From: a virus | Lineage: Duplodnaviria > Caudoviricetes | Virus record (IMG/VR): IMGVR_UViG_3300010356_000549 | Location: 11,107 to 75,106 of that record | DNA length: 64,000 bases | Strand: one strand, 5' to 3' | Part shown: positions 24,318 through 34,480 of the stretch, piece by piece | How the letters are laid out: each line of letters opens with the position of its first letter | Numbering within the stretch: position 1 is the stretch's first letter | Made by a program: the position numbers and the translations under genes | The notes under the pieces: model-generated | What the model was told of the DNA's origin: nothing | The model's input: only the letters and a program-made list of their open reading frames with translations | Databases searched by the model: none

Positions 24318-26741
24318 ATGAATGAGACTATAACTATTGATGTTCTGGCTAATGCGGGCAAGGCCAACAAGAACCTAAAGGACACCAGCAACGCGGTCAA
24401 TGGGGTGGGCACTTCTGCCGCATCTACCGGGGGGAAAATGGGCGCTCTGGGTGCTATGGCTCGCAAGGTGGCGATAAGTATTGGGGCCATGGCGGCGGCC
24501 TTTGTCGGATTAGCAGGGGCGGTCTCCATCATGACCAAACTGATTAGGGTCAATGCGGTGTTTGAGGAGTCCATGTCACAGGTCCGAGCCGTGACCCAAT
24601 CAGCGGCAGGCTTCACGGAGGCGGCATTCCGCTCTATGAGCGAGGAGGCAAGGCGGCTCGGGGCGACCACCAAATACACTGCTGGGGATGCTGCGGATGG
24701 CCTTAAGTATCTGGCCATGTCCGGGTTTACCGCTCAACAAGCAACCGAAGCCCTAGAATCTACCCTTGAACTAGCACAAGCTGGTGGTCTGGAGCTGGGG
24801 GAGAGTGCGGAGATTGTGTCTAACATCCTTAACCAGTTTGGGGCGGCGACAAGTCGCACGGCGGAGTTTTGTAATGTCTTGGCGATCACGGCATCCCGTT
24901 CTAATACTGACGTGAGGCAGATGGGAGAGGCCATGAAGTATGCGGGTCCGGTTGCGGGCGGCTTGGGCAGGAGCGTCCAGGAGACAGCAGCAGCCATAGG
25001 AACATTAGCAAACAGCGGTATCCAAGCCAGTATCGCGGGAACGGCTCTAAGGGGTATGATGATCGGGCTGGCCGATAAGTCTTCCCACACCTATAGAACC
25101 CTGATTGAAATGGGAGCAACGGAGGAGTCCCTCAACGTACGCACCCGCTCCCTTGTGGATGTCATGCAGACATTGAAGGACGTAGGTGTGAATGCGGGGA
25201 ATGCGTACGCTATCTTTACCGACCGGGCGGGCGCGGCTGCGAACATGTTGACACGGAACCTTGATGTTTTTCGTAGCATGGACGAGGCCATTGGCAACAC
25301 CCCGGATGGGCTGAATGATATGGCAGATGCAATGGTTGATAACCTTGTAGGGGCTTCCAGAGAAGTGACCTCAGCATGGGAAGAGATGCTGCTACAGGTG
25401 GGAGACGGCGGCCTAAATGAGGGTCTTCGGGCCTTGGTCGACGGGACGGCCCAAATGCTGGTTGGATTCAATGAGCTGGAGATGGGCGTTGAGGTGGGGG
25501 AGAGCCTATCTGCGGCATTCTCCACTCTTGGTGCCATTCTCGGAGAGCTGCCGGGGGTCATGCAGGATCTTCACACCATCTTCGGGCCAATAGCTGCATC
25601 CATAGGTGCGTTGTGGAATAGCATGGGCAGCGAGGATACTTTCTTTGGCCAGATTAGGCAAGGAAAGCAGGAGAGGGATCTGGTTGGGGAGCACAAGAAA
25701 CAATCCAATTTCACTGAGGATATTAGGCAGCAAGTGAAGGATGCGGACAGCGATGAGGATTCTGAAAAGATTCAGAAGGCTTTGGAAGATCGTCAACGGG
25801 TGTTGGAGGAGACTAAGGCGGCTATTGAGCGGGACGCAACCATGGGTGAGGACATGAAGATACGCTCCCTCAGTCAGGTCAATCAGAGCATGGCGGAAAT
25901 CGCCAAGATGAGAGAGGCGGCTTACATTGATTTTGACGACAGGGGAGAGACGGTCAAAAACCTGCAAGCGGAGCTGGCCATGAATATCAAGATCAACCAA
26001 GCAAAGGCGGAGCAGGCCAGGATTGACAAGGAGAATGAGCCTTCTGACGCGGAGCAGGAAGAACAGGCGCGGGCATTCGCTAGGCGCAAGCCCATGCGTG
26101 AAAGTCTGGAGGCTTTTGATAACGCGGAGCGGGACCGAGACATAGCCAAGGGGCCAAAAGGGCAGGCTAAGGTGGATGCCTACCTTGCCACGGAGGGGAT
26201 AGACACAGAGGAGGACTTGGCTGATGAGATGGATGCCCTAAGGGCCAAGCTCAACACGGAGGGAGTGGTCATGTTCAGTGAGGAGGAGGAGAAGCGGATG
26301 GAAGCGTTGCTGGTTCTTATGGGTAAAATCAATGCTGCTAAACGCGAAAGCAAGGACGCAACAAAAGCTGATAAGGCGCTCGCAGATACTGAGGCCATTC
26401 TGGATGCTAAATTGGCCGGGAACAAAGAGGAGGTGGAAAGGCTGGAGCGGGAGGGCAAGATCAATAAGATGACCGAGGAGCTGGGCGGCGGGGATAAGGC
26501 GAGAGAAAACGCCACTCGGGTCGTTGATAAAACCATGGCTCTGGAGAAGCAAGGCCGGGAACGGGAGACAGCCCGGATTGGCCGGATCGGCGGGGCTATT
26601 AACGCCATCGTGGGGAGGAGTTCCGGGGAGCAGGTTGCCAAGTTGGCCAGTGAGCAGCTATCCCAACAAAAAGAGATCGTGAAGGAGTTGCAAGAGCACT
26701 CCCGTTATTTCAGAACCCAACAACGAACCAGTGTATTTTAA
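24318..26741 (+). CDS. Tape measure protein (TP901-like core)
   Basis: FEESMSQVRAV...ARRLGATTKYTA.DAADGLKYLAMSGF...ASRSNTDVRQMGEAMKYAGP...GTALRGMM. Confidence 0.93.
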   Translation: MNETITIDVLANAGKANKNLKDTSNAVNGVGTSAASTGGKMGALGAMARKVAISIGAMAAAFVGLAGAVSIMTKLIRVNAVFEESMSQVRAVTQSAAGFTEAAFRSMSEEARRLGATTKYTAGDAADGLKYLAMSGFTAQQATEALESTLELAQAGGLELGESAEIVSNILNQFGAATSRTAEFCNVLAITASRSNTDVRQMGEAMKYAGPVAGGLGRSVQETAAAIGTLANSGIQASIAGTALRGMMIGLADKSSHTYRTLIEMGATEESLNVRTRSLVDVMQTLKDVGVNAGNAYAIFTDRAGAAANMLTRNLDVFRSMDEAIGNTPDGLNDMADAMVDNLVGASREVTSAWEEMLLQVGDGGLNEGLRALVDGTAQMLVGFNELEMGVEVGESLSAAFSTLGAILGELPGVMQDLHTIFGPIAASIGALWNSMGSEDTFFGQIRQGKQERDLVGEHKKQSNFTEDIRQQVKDADSDEDSEKIQKALEDRQRVLEETKAAIERDATMGEDMKIRSLSQVNQSMAEIAKMREAAYIDFDDRGETVKNLQAELAMNIKINQAKAEQARIDKENEPSDAEQEEQARAFARRKPMRESLEAFDNAERDRDIAKGPKGQAKVDAYLATEGIDTEEDLADEMDALRAKLNTEGVVMFSEEEEKRMEALLVLMGKINAAKRESKDATKADKALADTEAILDAKLAGNKEEVERLEREGKINKMTEELGGGDKARENATRVVDKTMALEKQGRERETARIGRIGGAINAIVGRSSGEQVAKLASEQLSQQKEIVKELQEHSRYFRTQQRTSVF

Positions 26742-26743
26742 TT

Positions 26744-27517
26744 ATGCCAAACGATGTAGATATCAAAGGAGCAACAGAGCCTCATGCCATTGACAAAGAG
26801 AGTGGCTCTTTGAGTGCGGATGGGCTGGGTCAATCGACCCTGAATTACAGGGTGATGACCTTAGAGCAATGCACCACGTACAGCGAGGGGCACCCCTTAG
26901 GTTGGATTGAAAAGGGGCGCACTTGGGAGCTGCTGACCGGGGGACTCGGCTATGAATTGGCCATCAACTATGAAGGCACAGAGGAGGAGGATTCCGATGA
27001 TTATTCGCTGGATATTTCCTTCGCTGAGGAGCCTATTGAATCGCACCCGCGATGGGAGTTGATCAAGAAGGTTTACAAGGGCCGGGTGGAGGATGGCAAG
27101 GTTGTCTTCACCGAGAAGCTGGAGAGGGGAGGGGCTACCGGGCTGAATGCAGGAGGCGGAGGGCAGCGAAAAAACCCGTTATTTGGGGTAACATCTTATT
27201 TGGTGTTGAAAGGGGTGTTTGTCCACTCCTACACCACCACGCAAAAGCCACACTTGGACAGCATAGGGACCATAGTGAAGCACCTACCGGGGGACTTTGA
27301 CACGCCGCCCAACCACGATTGGCTGATGATGCCACCGAAGATGAAGCGGGCGGGCAAGAACGCGGAAGGGGAGAAGGTTTACCAAGTGACTCAGGAGTAT
27401 CTGATGTCGGCAATCGGAGGATGGCCCCCAGAGGTGTATGGCTTGATGGAACAAGGTGGAGCCGGGGGAAGGCCGGATGGCCTAAGCATAGGAAGTGTAC
27501 AGGGGGGCAGATTGTAA
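26744..27517 (+). CDS. Putative distal tail/baseplate protein
   Basis: Directly follows the tape measure gene; beta-rich. Confidence 0.55.
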   Translation: MPNDVDIKGATEPHAIDKESGSLSADGLGQSTLNYRVMTLEQCTTYSEGHPLGWIEKGRTWELLTGGLGYELAINYEGTEEEDSDDYSLDISFAEEPIESHPRWELIKKVYKGRVEDGKVVFTEKLERGGATGLNAGGGGQRKNPLFGVTSYLVLKGVFVHSYTTTQKPHLDSIGTIVKHLPGDFDTPPNHDWLMMPPKMKRAGKNAEGEKVYQVTQEYLMSAIGGWPPEVYGLMEQGGAGGRPDGLSIGSVQGGRL

Positions 27518-27521
27518 TAAC

Positions 27522-28154
27522 ATGCCTATCACCAACATAAACCAAGTGACGGCCAAGAAGGGGGATGCCATCCTCCCGAAATGGAAGCTGCTAGTTGAGC
27601 TGGTGCAAAGAGGCTTTCGCTTTGGTCGGGACGTTAAGCTGTCCATTCTACCGGGTGGCGGAATGCTGGTTTCTGCAGTGGGCGACCCTTACCCTTGGCT
27701 CCATCCGTGGAAGGTGGGTTACCCCGATGACAGCAATATGGTCAGCATCAGGCCGGGAACAGTAAATGGGGCAGTTCCCTTTATCAAGGAGGGGATGCGA
27801 CTGGGCGAGGTGGATAAGGACACTGGGGACACTCCGGGGCTGACCCTAAAGGCAGGAGAGGAAGGCGAGCGGACGTGGGTAATGGTGAGCGTGAGAGGGA
27901 CAAACACCATACGGGGAGAGGAGACGACCTATGACATGCTCAGAATGGATGCGGCCACGTCGTTGCCTAAAGGCATGGGGTCGGGAGGGGTGATTGCCAC
28001 AGATGAAGGGTGGGCGAGGTATCCGGTGGCGATGGTGTTATGGGGAGCAGACGAGCTGGCCGAAAGCATCTTCCAAATATCCTACCACAACCTAAATTAT
28101 GTCATGAGCAAGGCCGAAGGCCGGACCAATAGACACTTTTTTTTCGCAGCATGA
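27522..28154 (+). CDS. Putative tail-tip protein (start revised to ATG 27522)
   Basis: Tail operon position; shares the HPWKVG motif with the next gene. Confidence 0.55.
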   Translation: MPITNINQVTAKKGDAILPKWKLLVELVQRGFRFGRDVKLSILPGGGMLVSAVGDPYPWLHPWKVGYPDDSNMVSIRPGTVNGAVPFIKEGMRLGEVDKDTGDTPGLTLKAGEEGERTWVMVSVRGTNTIRGEETTYDMLRMDAATSLPKGMGSGGVIATDEGWARYPVAMVLWGADELAESIFQISYHNLNYVMSKAEGRTNRHFFFAA

Positions 28155-29212
28155 AGAGGGATGGTAAAATCAGAGGGCCAAAGATCCAGAAGGTAACCGG
28201 GCCGGAGCCTTTTTATCCTGAGGTTGCGGACTGGAACGGCTTGGCGGCCTGGCTCTACAAGACTCGCAACCTATTCATGGGGACAACGGCAAAGGAGGGC
28301 ACTTTCTCTCACCCGTGGAAGGTTGGGTGTGTATGGGATACCGCGCTGGGAAAATGGGTGATAACCGTTAAGGCGGGCTTCCTAAGGGGGCATGATGTGG
28401 TGGTTAAGGAGGTGGAGGGCTATTGCGCCGGGGATGCCACTTGGAAAAGGGAAACGGGAGCTGTCAACCCAGACCCTATGAACGCGAAGACGGGCAAGAC
28501 ATTTAAGAACGTGCCCTTGATTGAAAAGCCCATGATTCCAGTGCTCAAATGGAGGGTGGCGGCATCGGCGGACAAGGTGGTGCTCGCCGGGAGCGACGAG
28601 AAGCCCGTTCCGCCCTACTTTACCGAGCTAGGGGTGGTGGGGGCTAAGGTCATCTCCGTTGATCTGGATACACAAGAGCTGACCGTGACTGAGCCGGAAA
28701 CGATACCCCTATCAGCGGCGAGGCAACTCCGGTCTGTGGAGATTGTTTTAAATCAACCTAGGCCAGTGGTTAATTTTGTTGAGGCAGATGGAGCCCTGGT
28801 GCCTTCGGTGGATTACCCGGACCCAAAAAAGAAACCACCTTTCTTAAGGCTACAGCCGAAGCCTCCGGTCACGAGCACCGATGTGGTTTCCACTGCCATA
28901 ATACAAACCAGTCTCAACCAAGAGCTGCACATCGCAACAGTTTGGTTGATCGGACCTCCGGGCGACTTGGGCACGGTGGAGCCGGGGGAAGATTGGGAGT
29001 TTGTGAGCCAGAATTGGGTGTGGTGGAACCTTGATTACTCGGTCCACGTCAAAGCGACCGAAGTATCCCTGGAGCCAGTAGTCAATCCAGCGCTCGGGCT
29101 AACCGGGAGCGAGAATGCCCAAGTGATCGTGGACGGTCTCAATGCGCAGGCGAGGGCTGCGGAGGAGTTGGCAAGCAGTGTGCAAATAGATGGGGGATTC
29201 TGGACGATATGA
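28151..29212 (+). CDS. Putative tail-tip protein
   Basis: ATGA coupling; FSHPWKVG motif. Confidence 0.55.
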   Translation: MKRDGKIRGPKIQKVTGPEPFYPEVADWNGLAAWLYKTRNLFMGTTAKEGTFSHPWKVGCVWDTALGKWVITVKAGFLRGHDVVVKEVEGYCAGDATWKRETGAVNPDPMNAKTGKTFKNVPLIEKPMIPVLKWRVAASADKVVLAGSDEKPVPPYFTELGVVGAKVISVDLDTQELTVTEPETIPLSAARQLRSVEIVLNQPRPVVNFVEADGALVPSVDYPDPKKKPPFLRLQPKPPVTSTDVVSTAIIQTSLNQELHIATVWLIGPPGDLGTVEPGEDWEFVSQNWVWWNLDYSVHVKATEVSLEPVVNPALGLTGSENAQVIVDGLNAQARAAEELASSVQIDGGFWTI

Positions 29213-29400
29213 GCGAGGAAGTTGTAGGATTAACAGGTCCGAGGGAGTTCGAAGAGGAAAGGGCGACCGAGTTGCGCCTCAACCCCAAGTTTCCCTACTA
29301 TGCGCAGCCCTTCCCCTTTGACACGGTGATAGACTCCAAAAATTTGCACGATCTTGCAAATCCTGAGGAGGAACAAGGCATTGACAGCAATCAACTTTAA
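29209..29400 (+). CDS. Small hypothetical protein
   Basis: ATGA coupling; 63 aa; contains a motif copy. Confidence 0.5.
   Translation: MSEEVVGLTGPREFEEERATELRLNPKFPYYAQPFPFDTVIDSKNLHDLANPEEEQGIDSNQL
29343..29360 (+). repeat. 18-bp dispersed motif, copy 4
   Basis: Exact, inside the small ORF, 57 nt before the ATG of the 903-aa tail gene. Confidence 0.95.
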
Positions 29401-29417
29401 AACGACTGTAAAAATAA

Positions 29418-32129
29418 ATGACATTAACAGGGTATTATGACTTGGCGACTAAGCAGATTTTCAGCGATGTCGCAGGCAACCAAGGGATCAACGTTCAAAC
29501 GCTGATTGCTGGGGAGGCAGTAAAAATCAGCGCACGATTCCGGGAGGTGCGGGACGGTGTTCCTAGGGAATATCAGCCCAACGTTAGGGCGATGCGGGCA
29601 ACCCTGGGCTTTGTAGATTCCCGCCCAACTCTCGGCACCTTTAAGCTGTCAGTTGGAGGGGTGGAAACGGATGCGATCACCTACAACACCGATTCAACCG
29701 CATTTGCCACGGCTATTCAGGCGGCATTAAACGCGGTGAGCATAGCTGCGGGAGCGGCGACCGTGATCCACCGGGACTCGTCGTTCATCATCACGTTCGC
29801 CACGATCAGCGGGGCGGCGCAGGAAATCCTCATGGTTCAAAACCGACTACACCCAATAACGTTCGGGAGAGTCCGGGGCTACCAACGCGGAGACCGATGG
29901 GAGCATGAGCTACGCTTCATGAAGGCACCCCTGGCCCATACCAACACCTTCATTACCGAAGGCGCTCCCGTTCCCGTCATTGAGGTGCTGAGGGAAGGCG
30001 GGTCGGATGGCGATGTATCGTGGTCTGAGATTCAAAAACTTTACATCCCTCCGGGCTTCGCAGGCACCTTTCGGATCGTGCGGGATGGGGCCATACGGTC
30101 TGAGCCTTTAGGCGTCAAATCTACCGTGGAGGATATTGACGCTGCCATGACCAACCTACTTGATCCGGGGGGAGAGTTCATAGTCACCACGCCCATCAAA
30201 AACGTGGCTTATATTGAGTTCGCCGGGGACATGAAGGGGGGGAACTATCCCCTGCTCACTGTGGAAATCTTTGACTCCCCTCCGCCAGCCAAGGCTGTCA
30301 CCCTAAATACGCGCACTCGCGAGATGGCCGACTGGATGCAGGTGGTCAACGAGGGCTTGGCTTGGCTTGAGGTAAAGGCAGAAATCGAAGATGAGGAGGA
30401 TGTGTTTAAGTGGCACACCCTTTTCTATCGCGAGGTGCGGGTTCGGGAGAACATCGACTGGGAGGAGCTGGCGACTGCTCCGGGGATTGACTGGCTGAAT
30501 CCGCCTTCTTTCTACTCTTACAACACGTTTGCGCCGGGGCAAGTGAGCAATGGCCAAATCCACTACACGACCACGATTGGTGATGGGTCGGCTACATCCT
30601 TCCCCATCACCCATGGGCTGAACACGACAGTGGTTGATTTATCAATTCTGGAGACGGCTTCTCCGGGGGCAGCCATGATCGCGGGAACGGACTTTTCGTG
30701 GGAGAGGAACGGAGCAAATCAGGTAATTATAACGTGGCTCGGAACCACACCGACAACCGGGCAATATGTGGCTACCGTAAAGGGGCTGGCAATGACCAGC
30801 TTTTTTGACGATCACGGCCACGTTATCGACGACACGGAGGGGCTGCAAGAAATCATCGACGACCTACAGGGGCGGCTGGCCGTCCTTGAAATATCGTCAG
30901 GGGGCAGAACCCTGGAGGCACCGGGCGAGGAGGGGATTGAGGTGGCCAGATGGACTTTGCCTACCCTCTATGAGCTGTATCCTTCCAAGGTGCAACCGAC
31001 TCCACCGGAGTCTGGCAAATTGTCTGACCTTGACGCGGACGAGTTACGCGAGGGGTCAACCCGCAAGATCATCAGCCGGGGTAAAGGGCTGCTGCCAGCC
31101 GTCCATGACGCGAGTGTGGCGGCTTTGCCCGCTACTTTACCCGCTGCAAACTCAACTGCGGCTGAGGCATTTATTGGAGCCGTGGGGAGGCACGACGGCA
31201 CCGGGGAGCTGATACTTCCGGGGGGAGGAGGCAACGCATCTTCACGCATTCAGCCGGGCGAATTTGCGACGACCGACGGGGTGCTGTGGTATCCTGTGGT
31301 TCAATACGGTGACTATGAGGCCCATGTAGTGACGGCGAATGCCGAGACCGACAAGCTGACCTTCTCATCCCTGGCCACGGCTGAGATGCTTCCCGAAGGG
31401 GCAAACGTCGAGCTGGCCACGACCAACACCTTGCCAGCCGGGCTATCGACGGGGGTGACATACACCGTGTTTGGCATGGACTATGCCGATGGCTCGTTTC
31501 AACTCAAAGACAGTGGGGGTACGGTGGTGACCTTTACCGATACCGGGACCGGAGTTCATACCGTGGTGGTGGCGGGGCAAATCACTTATTACCCAAGGCA
31601 CTTCGAGCGGACCCTTTTTACCATCCATGTAAATGACAAGATGCTGAGGCCACGCAAACGGCTTGACGTGGGCTTCCAACTGGAGGCTGCGGTCTTGAAA
31701 TCCAACACGGAGGCGCAGTGGGTGGTCGTGATTGAGATTGGGGAAGCCCGGTCCGTCGCTACGGTGGGGACCGAGGGGCTGAATCTGAGTGAGATGGTGT
31801 GGCGTAAAATCCCTGCTCTTGAGCAACGCATTATCCTGACCAAGCAGGCCACGACACACCGTTTCGGCCTAAGGGTTCAACGGCGGCTGATAGACGGGCT
31901 GGACGTGTTTGATGCGTCCCGCTTCCTTTATGGTGCGCAAGAAACCGGGGTGGTCCCCCCTCTCACGGCCAACTTTGCGGTGAGGGGCAGGTTGACCCGA
32001 TTTGATACCATTGATTCCGTGTCTGACCCTAAGGGCTACGTGATTGTCTCGGGATTGAATTTTAAGGCAGAGGATGATGCCGCTAGCAATGGGACGGCTA
32101 TCGAGTATGGTTTCGCCATAGTAAAATAA
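29418..32129 (+). CDS. Large tail structural/fibre protein
   Basis: Beta-rich; YTTTIGDGSATSFPITHGLNT and LATTNTLPAGLSTGVTYTV...DTGTGVH modules typical of tail proteins. Confidence 0.7.
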   Translation: MTLTGYYDLATKQIFSDVAGNQGINVQTLIAGEAVKISARFREVRDGVPREYQPNVRAMRATLGFVDSRPTLGTFKLSVGGVETDAITYNTDSTAFATAIQAALNAVSIAAGAATVIHRDSSFIITFATISGAAQEILMVQNRLHPITFGRVRGYQRGDRWEHELRFMKAPLAHTNTFITEGAPVPVIEVLREGGSDGDVSWSEIQKLYIPPGFAGTFRIVRDGAIRSEPLGVKSTVEDIDAAMTNLLDPGGEFIVTTPIKNVAYIEFAGDMKGGNYPLLTVEIFDSPPPAKAVTLNTRTREMADWMQVVNEGLAWLEVKAEIEDEEDVFKWHTLFYREVRVRENIDWEELATAPGIDWLNPPSFYSYNTFAPGQVSNGQIHYTTTIGDGSATSFPITHGLNTTVVDLSILETASPGAAMIAGTDFSWERNGANQVIITWLGTTPTTGQYVATVKGLAMTSFFDDHGHVIDDTEGLQEIIDDLQGRLAVLEISSGGRTLEAPGEEGIEVARWTLPTLYELYPSKVQPTPPESGKLSDLDADELREGSTRKIISRGKGLLPAVHDASVAALPATLPAANSTAAEAFIGAVGRHDGTGELILPGGGGNASSRIQPGEFATTDGVLWYPVVQYGDYEAHVVTANAETDKLTFSSLATAEMLPEGANVELATTNTLPAGLSTGVTYTVFGMDYADGSFQLKDSGGTVVTFTDTGTGVHTVVVAGQITYYPRHFERTLFTIHVNDKMLRPRKRLDVGFQLEAAVLKSNTEAQWVVVIEIGEARSVATVGTEGLNLSEMVWRKIPALEQRIILTKQATTHRFGLRVQRRLIDGLDVFDASRFLYGAQETGVVPPLTANFAVRGRLTRFDTIDSVSDPKGYVIVSGLNFKAEDDAASNGTAIEYGFAIVK

Positions 32130-32130
32130 T

Positions 32131-34476
32131 ATGAGCTACTTAGACGCATTTGCACAAGAGGCCGTCGACGCAATTAACGTCGCACCTGAAATTGACCTCC
32201 TCACCTCCTTACTGGATGGCAAGGTGGGGGAGGAAATATCCTATCAGATGAAGGCTAGATACAAGCCTGAATATTGGTCAGCGGTTGGGCTACCTGAGGG
32301 GTGGGAGATTAATGCCTCCACCGGGCTAATCACTGGGGTGACAGAGGTGGCGGGTCTGTATAAGGCCATTATCACCGTTAGTAATTTTCAAAAGTTAGTC
32401 TTCACCTACTCAACCAATCGCGTTATCATTGGATCGCGGGCCTTGGTTACCGGGGAGATAGTTGGTGTTTACACGACGGGAACGCTCCCGTCGCCCTTAA
32501 ACGCCAGCACACTTTATGAAGTGTATGCTCCCGACACCCTGATTGGCGGGGGCGCGAACACGGACAGCGTGTATCTGGCACCTGTAGGGACAAGCAATTA
32601 CATCACCCTGACCGGGGGGACGGGCAGTTATTACCTAGTCAAACGGAGGATTGACGAGGCAGCTTTGATTATCCCAATCCTGGGAGACGCCATTAGTTCT
32701 GTTTCTGATGATTCCTTCACCCTACTGATGGACGTTGATATTGACTCCGGGGTGGTCACCTTCCCCACGATAAGTGTTAGCGATTGGAGTCCAGCGGCAG
32801 CGGAACAAAGGACCGATGGCTTGAAAGCTCCCAAGTTAGCCGTAAAGCGGGGGGACCGATTCCCGGTGGCAATAGGCTTCACGAGAGCGAATCAGCTACA
32901 AGACTTGCCCTTGGGGTCTGTCCTCATCGGCTCCAAGCAATACGCGCCTGAGCCATTGGTTCCCCTGAGCGATAGTTCGTTCACCAAAATAGGCTCTGGT
33001 AAGTCAACCAGATATGAGGTTGTCCTCAGTATCGCAGAGGCAGCGTGGTTGGGTATCCTCTCTGACGAGGAGGAGGATGAAGGCACCTACGTCAATTCCA
33101 TTTGTGAGGTGCAATACAGTACGGGGGGTGCCGCTACATGGGCGACAGTCAGTCAATTAATCGTGCATGATGCGCAGGCCATAAACCTATCCGTGGCCGA
33201 GCCAGTTTCTCAGGCGTTCGAGTTTGATGAACTGCCAGACAATGCGGATGAGCCTATTGACTTCCAGTTGACGCTAAATTTATCCGCTACCGGAAACGGG
33301 GTCACCACGGGCACATCAATAACCAAGCCGCTGACGGGATCACGAAATGGGGGTGTGTGGACTTTTGTGGATCGTGATCAGGATGGTTTATCTGATATAA
33401 CGACCGTGACAACGGGATACAGCGGCTCTCTTACCTTTACGTTTAGTAGATACAAATTCCCTGCTCTACAACCAATAGACATGTCAAATGGATCGACGTA
33501 CGGCGGTGTACTTGACCAAAAAATTTCGTATGTGGCTCCCGGCATCCCTTCATACCCTACTGCAATCCCAGGGTATGAATCAATCAGGTTTTACAATGCC
33601 TCTAATACCCTCCTTAAAACCATTCAAATAGGGGATGCGGACTGGGCAGCTAAGGTAATCATCCCGTGGGCGAATAATGGGACCACACTAACGGAGACAA
33701 AGACGATTACATACCTGCTGGGGGCGACTACCTCAACCATTACTCTGACCAGTGGGATGTCTTTGCTAGACTTGTGGGTAGAGCATATCGCTATACAGAC
33801 TGACCAGAGGGTAAAATTTCCAGAATGCTCTTTTAGTGGTCAGAATTTAGTACTGAAGTTTGGCCCAAGATGGGGCACACGACCAAGCCCATTCCGGGCT
33901 ACCGTGAACGCAGTAGCATACAACGCCACCTATGCCTACAATAACATGACTAATGATGAGGTTTTTCACGAAAGTCTCCGGGAGGTAATCGAAAAAATAA
34001 CTAATGCTTTGTATGGTTCCGTTTGGTCATCCGCTGCCAGACCAAAATTAGTTAGCGCAGGTATTTTTACGCCTAGTACAATTTCCATCCTGACGCAGAC
34101 CAACCTGAGTGCATTTGCTCAGTCAGTGGCTTACCTAAAAGACGAGTCCGATAATGTATATGTTTTCAATAAGACACCCTTTACGACGACCGTGGTGACA
34201 CCGTTTACTCCGCTGAATGTATCATCGGACACGATTCTAGCAGGTGGTTGGAAGGCTAATTTACGTTATTCGGGGATCGACTCTGTTTCGGCTTCGGAGG
34301 CTACAGTTAGCTCCCAGGTCGTTGCTTCAACCCTTATAGGGGGGTATGAACCCACGTATGGCGAGATTGTCGTTTCAGCGCAGTTGACGGCTCCCGCAAA
34401 GGAGGAGCAGACGGGTTACACCAAAACCAGCGAATCCTTTGTCCTTAGGGTCGAGGATGACCATATCGAAAATTAA
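32131..34476 (+). CDS. Tail fibre/receptor-binding protein with an Ig-like (He_PIG-type) domain
   Basis: WSAVGLPEGWEINASTGLITG...AGLYKAIITVSN; the AT-richer, Thr/Ser/Tyr-rich distal half is consistent with a variable receptor-binding region. Confidence 0.7.
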   Translation: MSYLDAFAQEAVDAINVAPEIDLLTSLLDGKVGEEISYQMKARYKPEYWSAVGLPEGWEINASTGLITGVTEVAGLYKAIITVSNFQKLVFTYSTNRVIIGSRALVTGEIVGVYTTGTLPSPLNASTLYEVYAPDTLIGGGANTDSVYLAPVGTSNYITLTGGTGSYYLVKRRIDEAALIIPILGDAISSVSDDSFTLLMDVDIDSGVVTFPTISVSDWSPAAAEQRTDGLKAPKLAVKRGDRFPVAIGFTRANQLQDLPLGSVLIGSKQYAPEPLVPLSDSSFTKIGSGKSTRYEVVLSIAEAAWLGILSDEEEDEGTYVNSICEVQYSTGGAATWATVSQLIVHDAQAINLSVAEPVSQAFEFDELPDNADEPIDFQLTLNLSATGNGVTTGTSITKPLTGSRNGGVWTFVDRDQDGLSDITTVTTGYSGSLTFTFSRYKFPALQPIDMSNGSTYGGVLDQKISYVAPGIPSYPTAIPGYESIRFYNASNTLLKTIQIGDADWAAKVIIPWANNGTTLTETKTITYLLGATTSTITLTSGMSLLDLWVEHIAIQTDQRVKFPECSFSGQNLVLKFGPRWGTRPSPFRATVNAVAYNATYAYNNMTNDEVFHESLREVIEKITNALYGSVWSSAARPKLVSAGIFTPSTISILTQTNLSAFAQSVAYLKDESDNVYVFNKTPFTTTVVTPFTPLNVSSDTILAGGWKANLRYSGIDSVSASEATVSSQVVASTLIGGYEPTYGEIVVSAQLTAPAKEEQTGYTKTSESFVLRVEDDHIEN

Positions 34477-34480
34477 CATA

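Noticed and set aside
29381-29410. TTGACA promoter before the 903-aa tail gene
   Set aside because: No TAnnnT hexamer at 16-18 nt spacing
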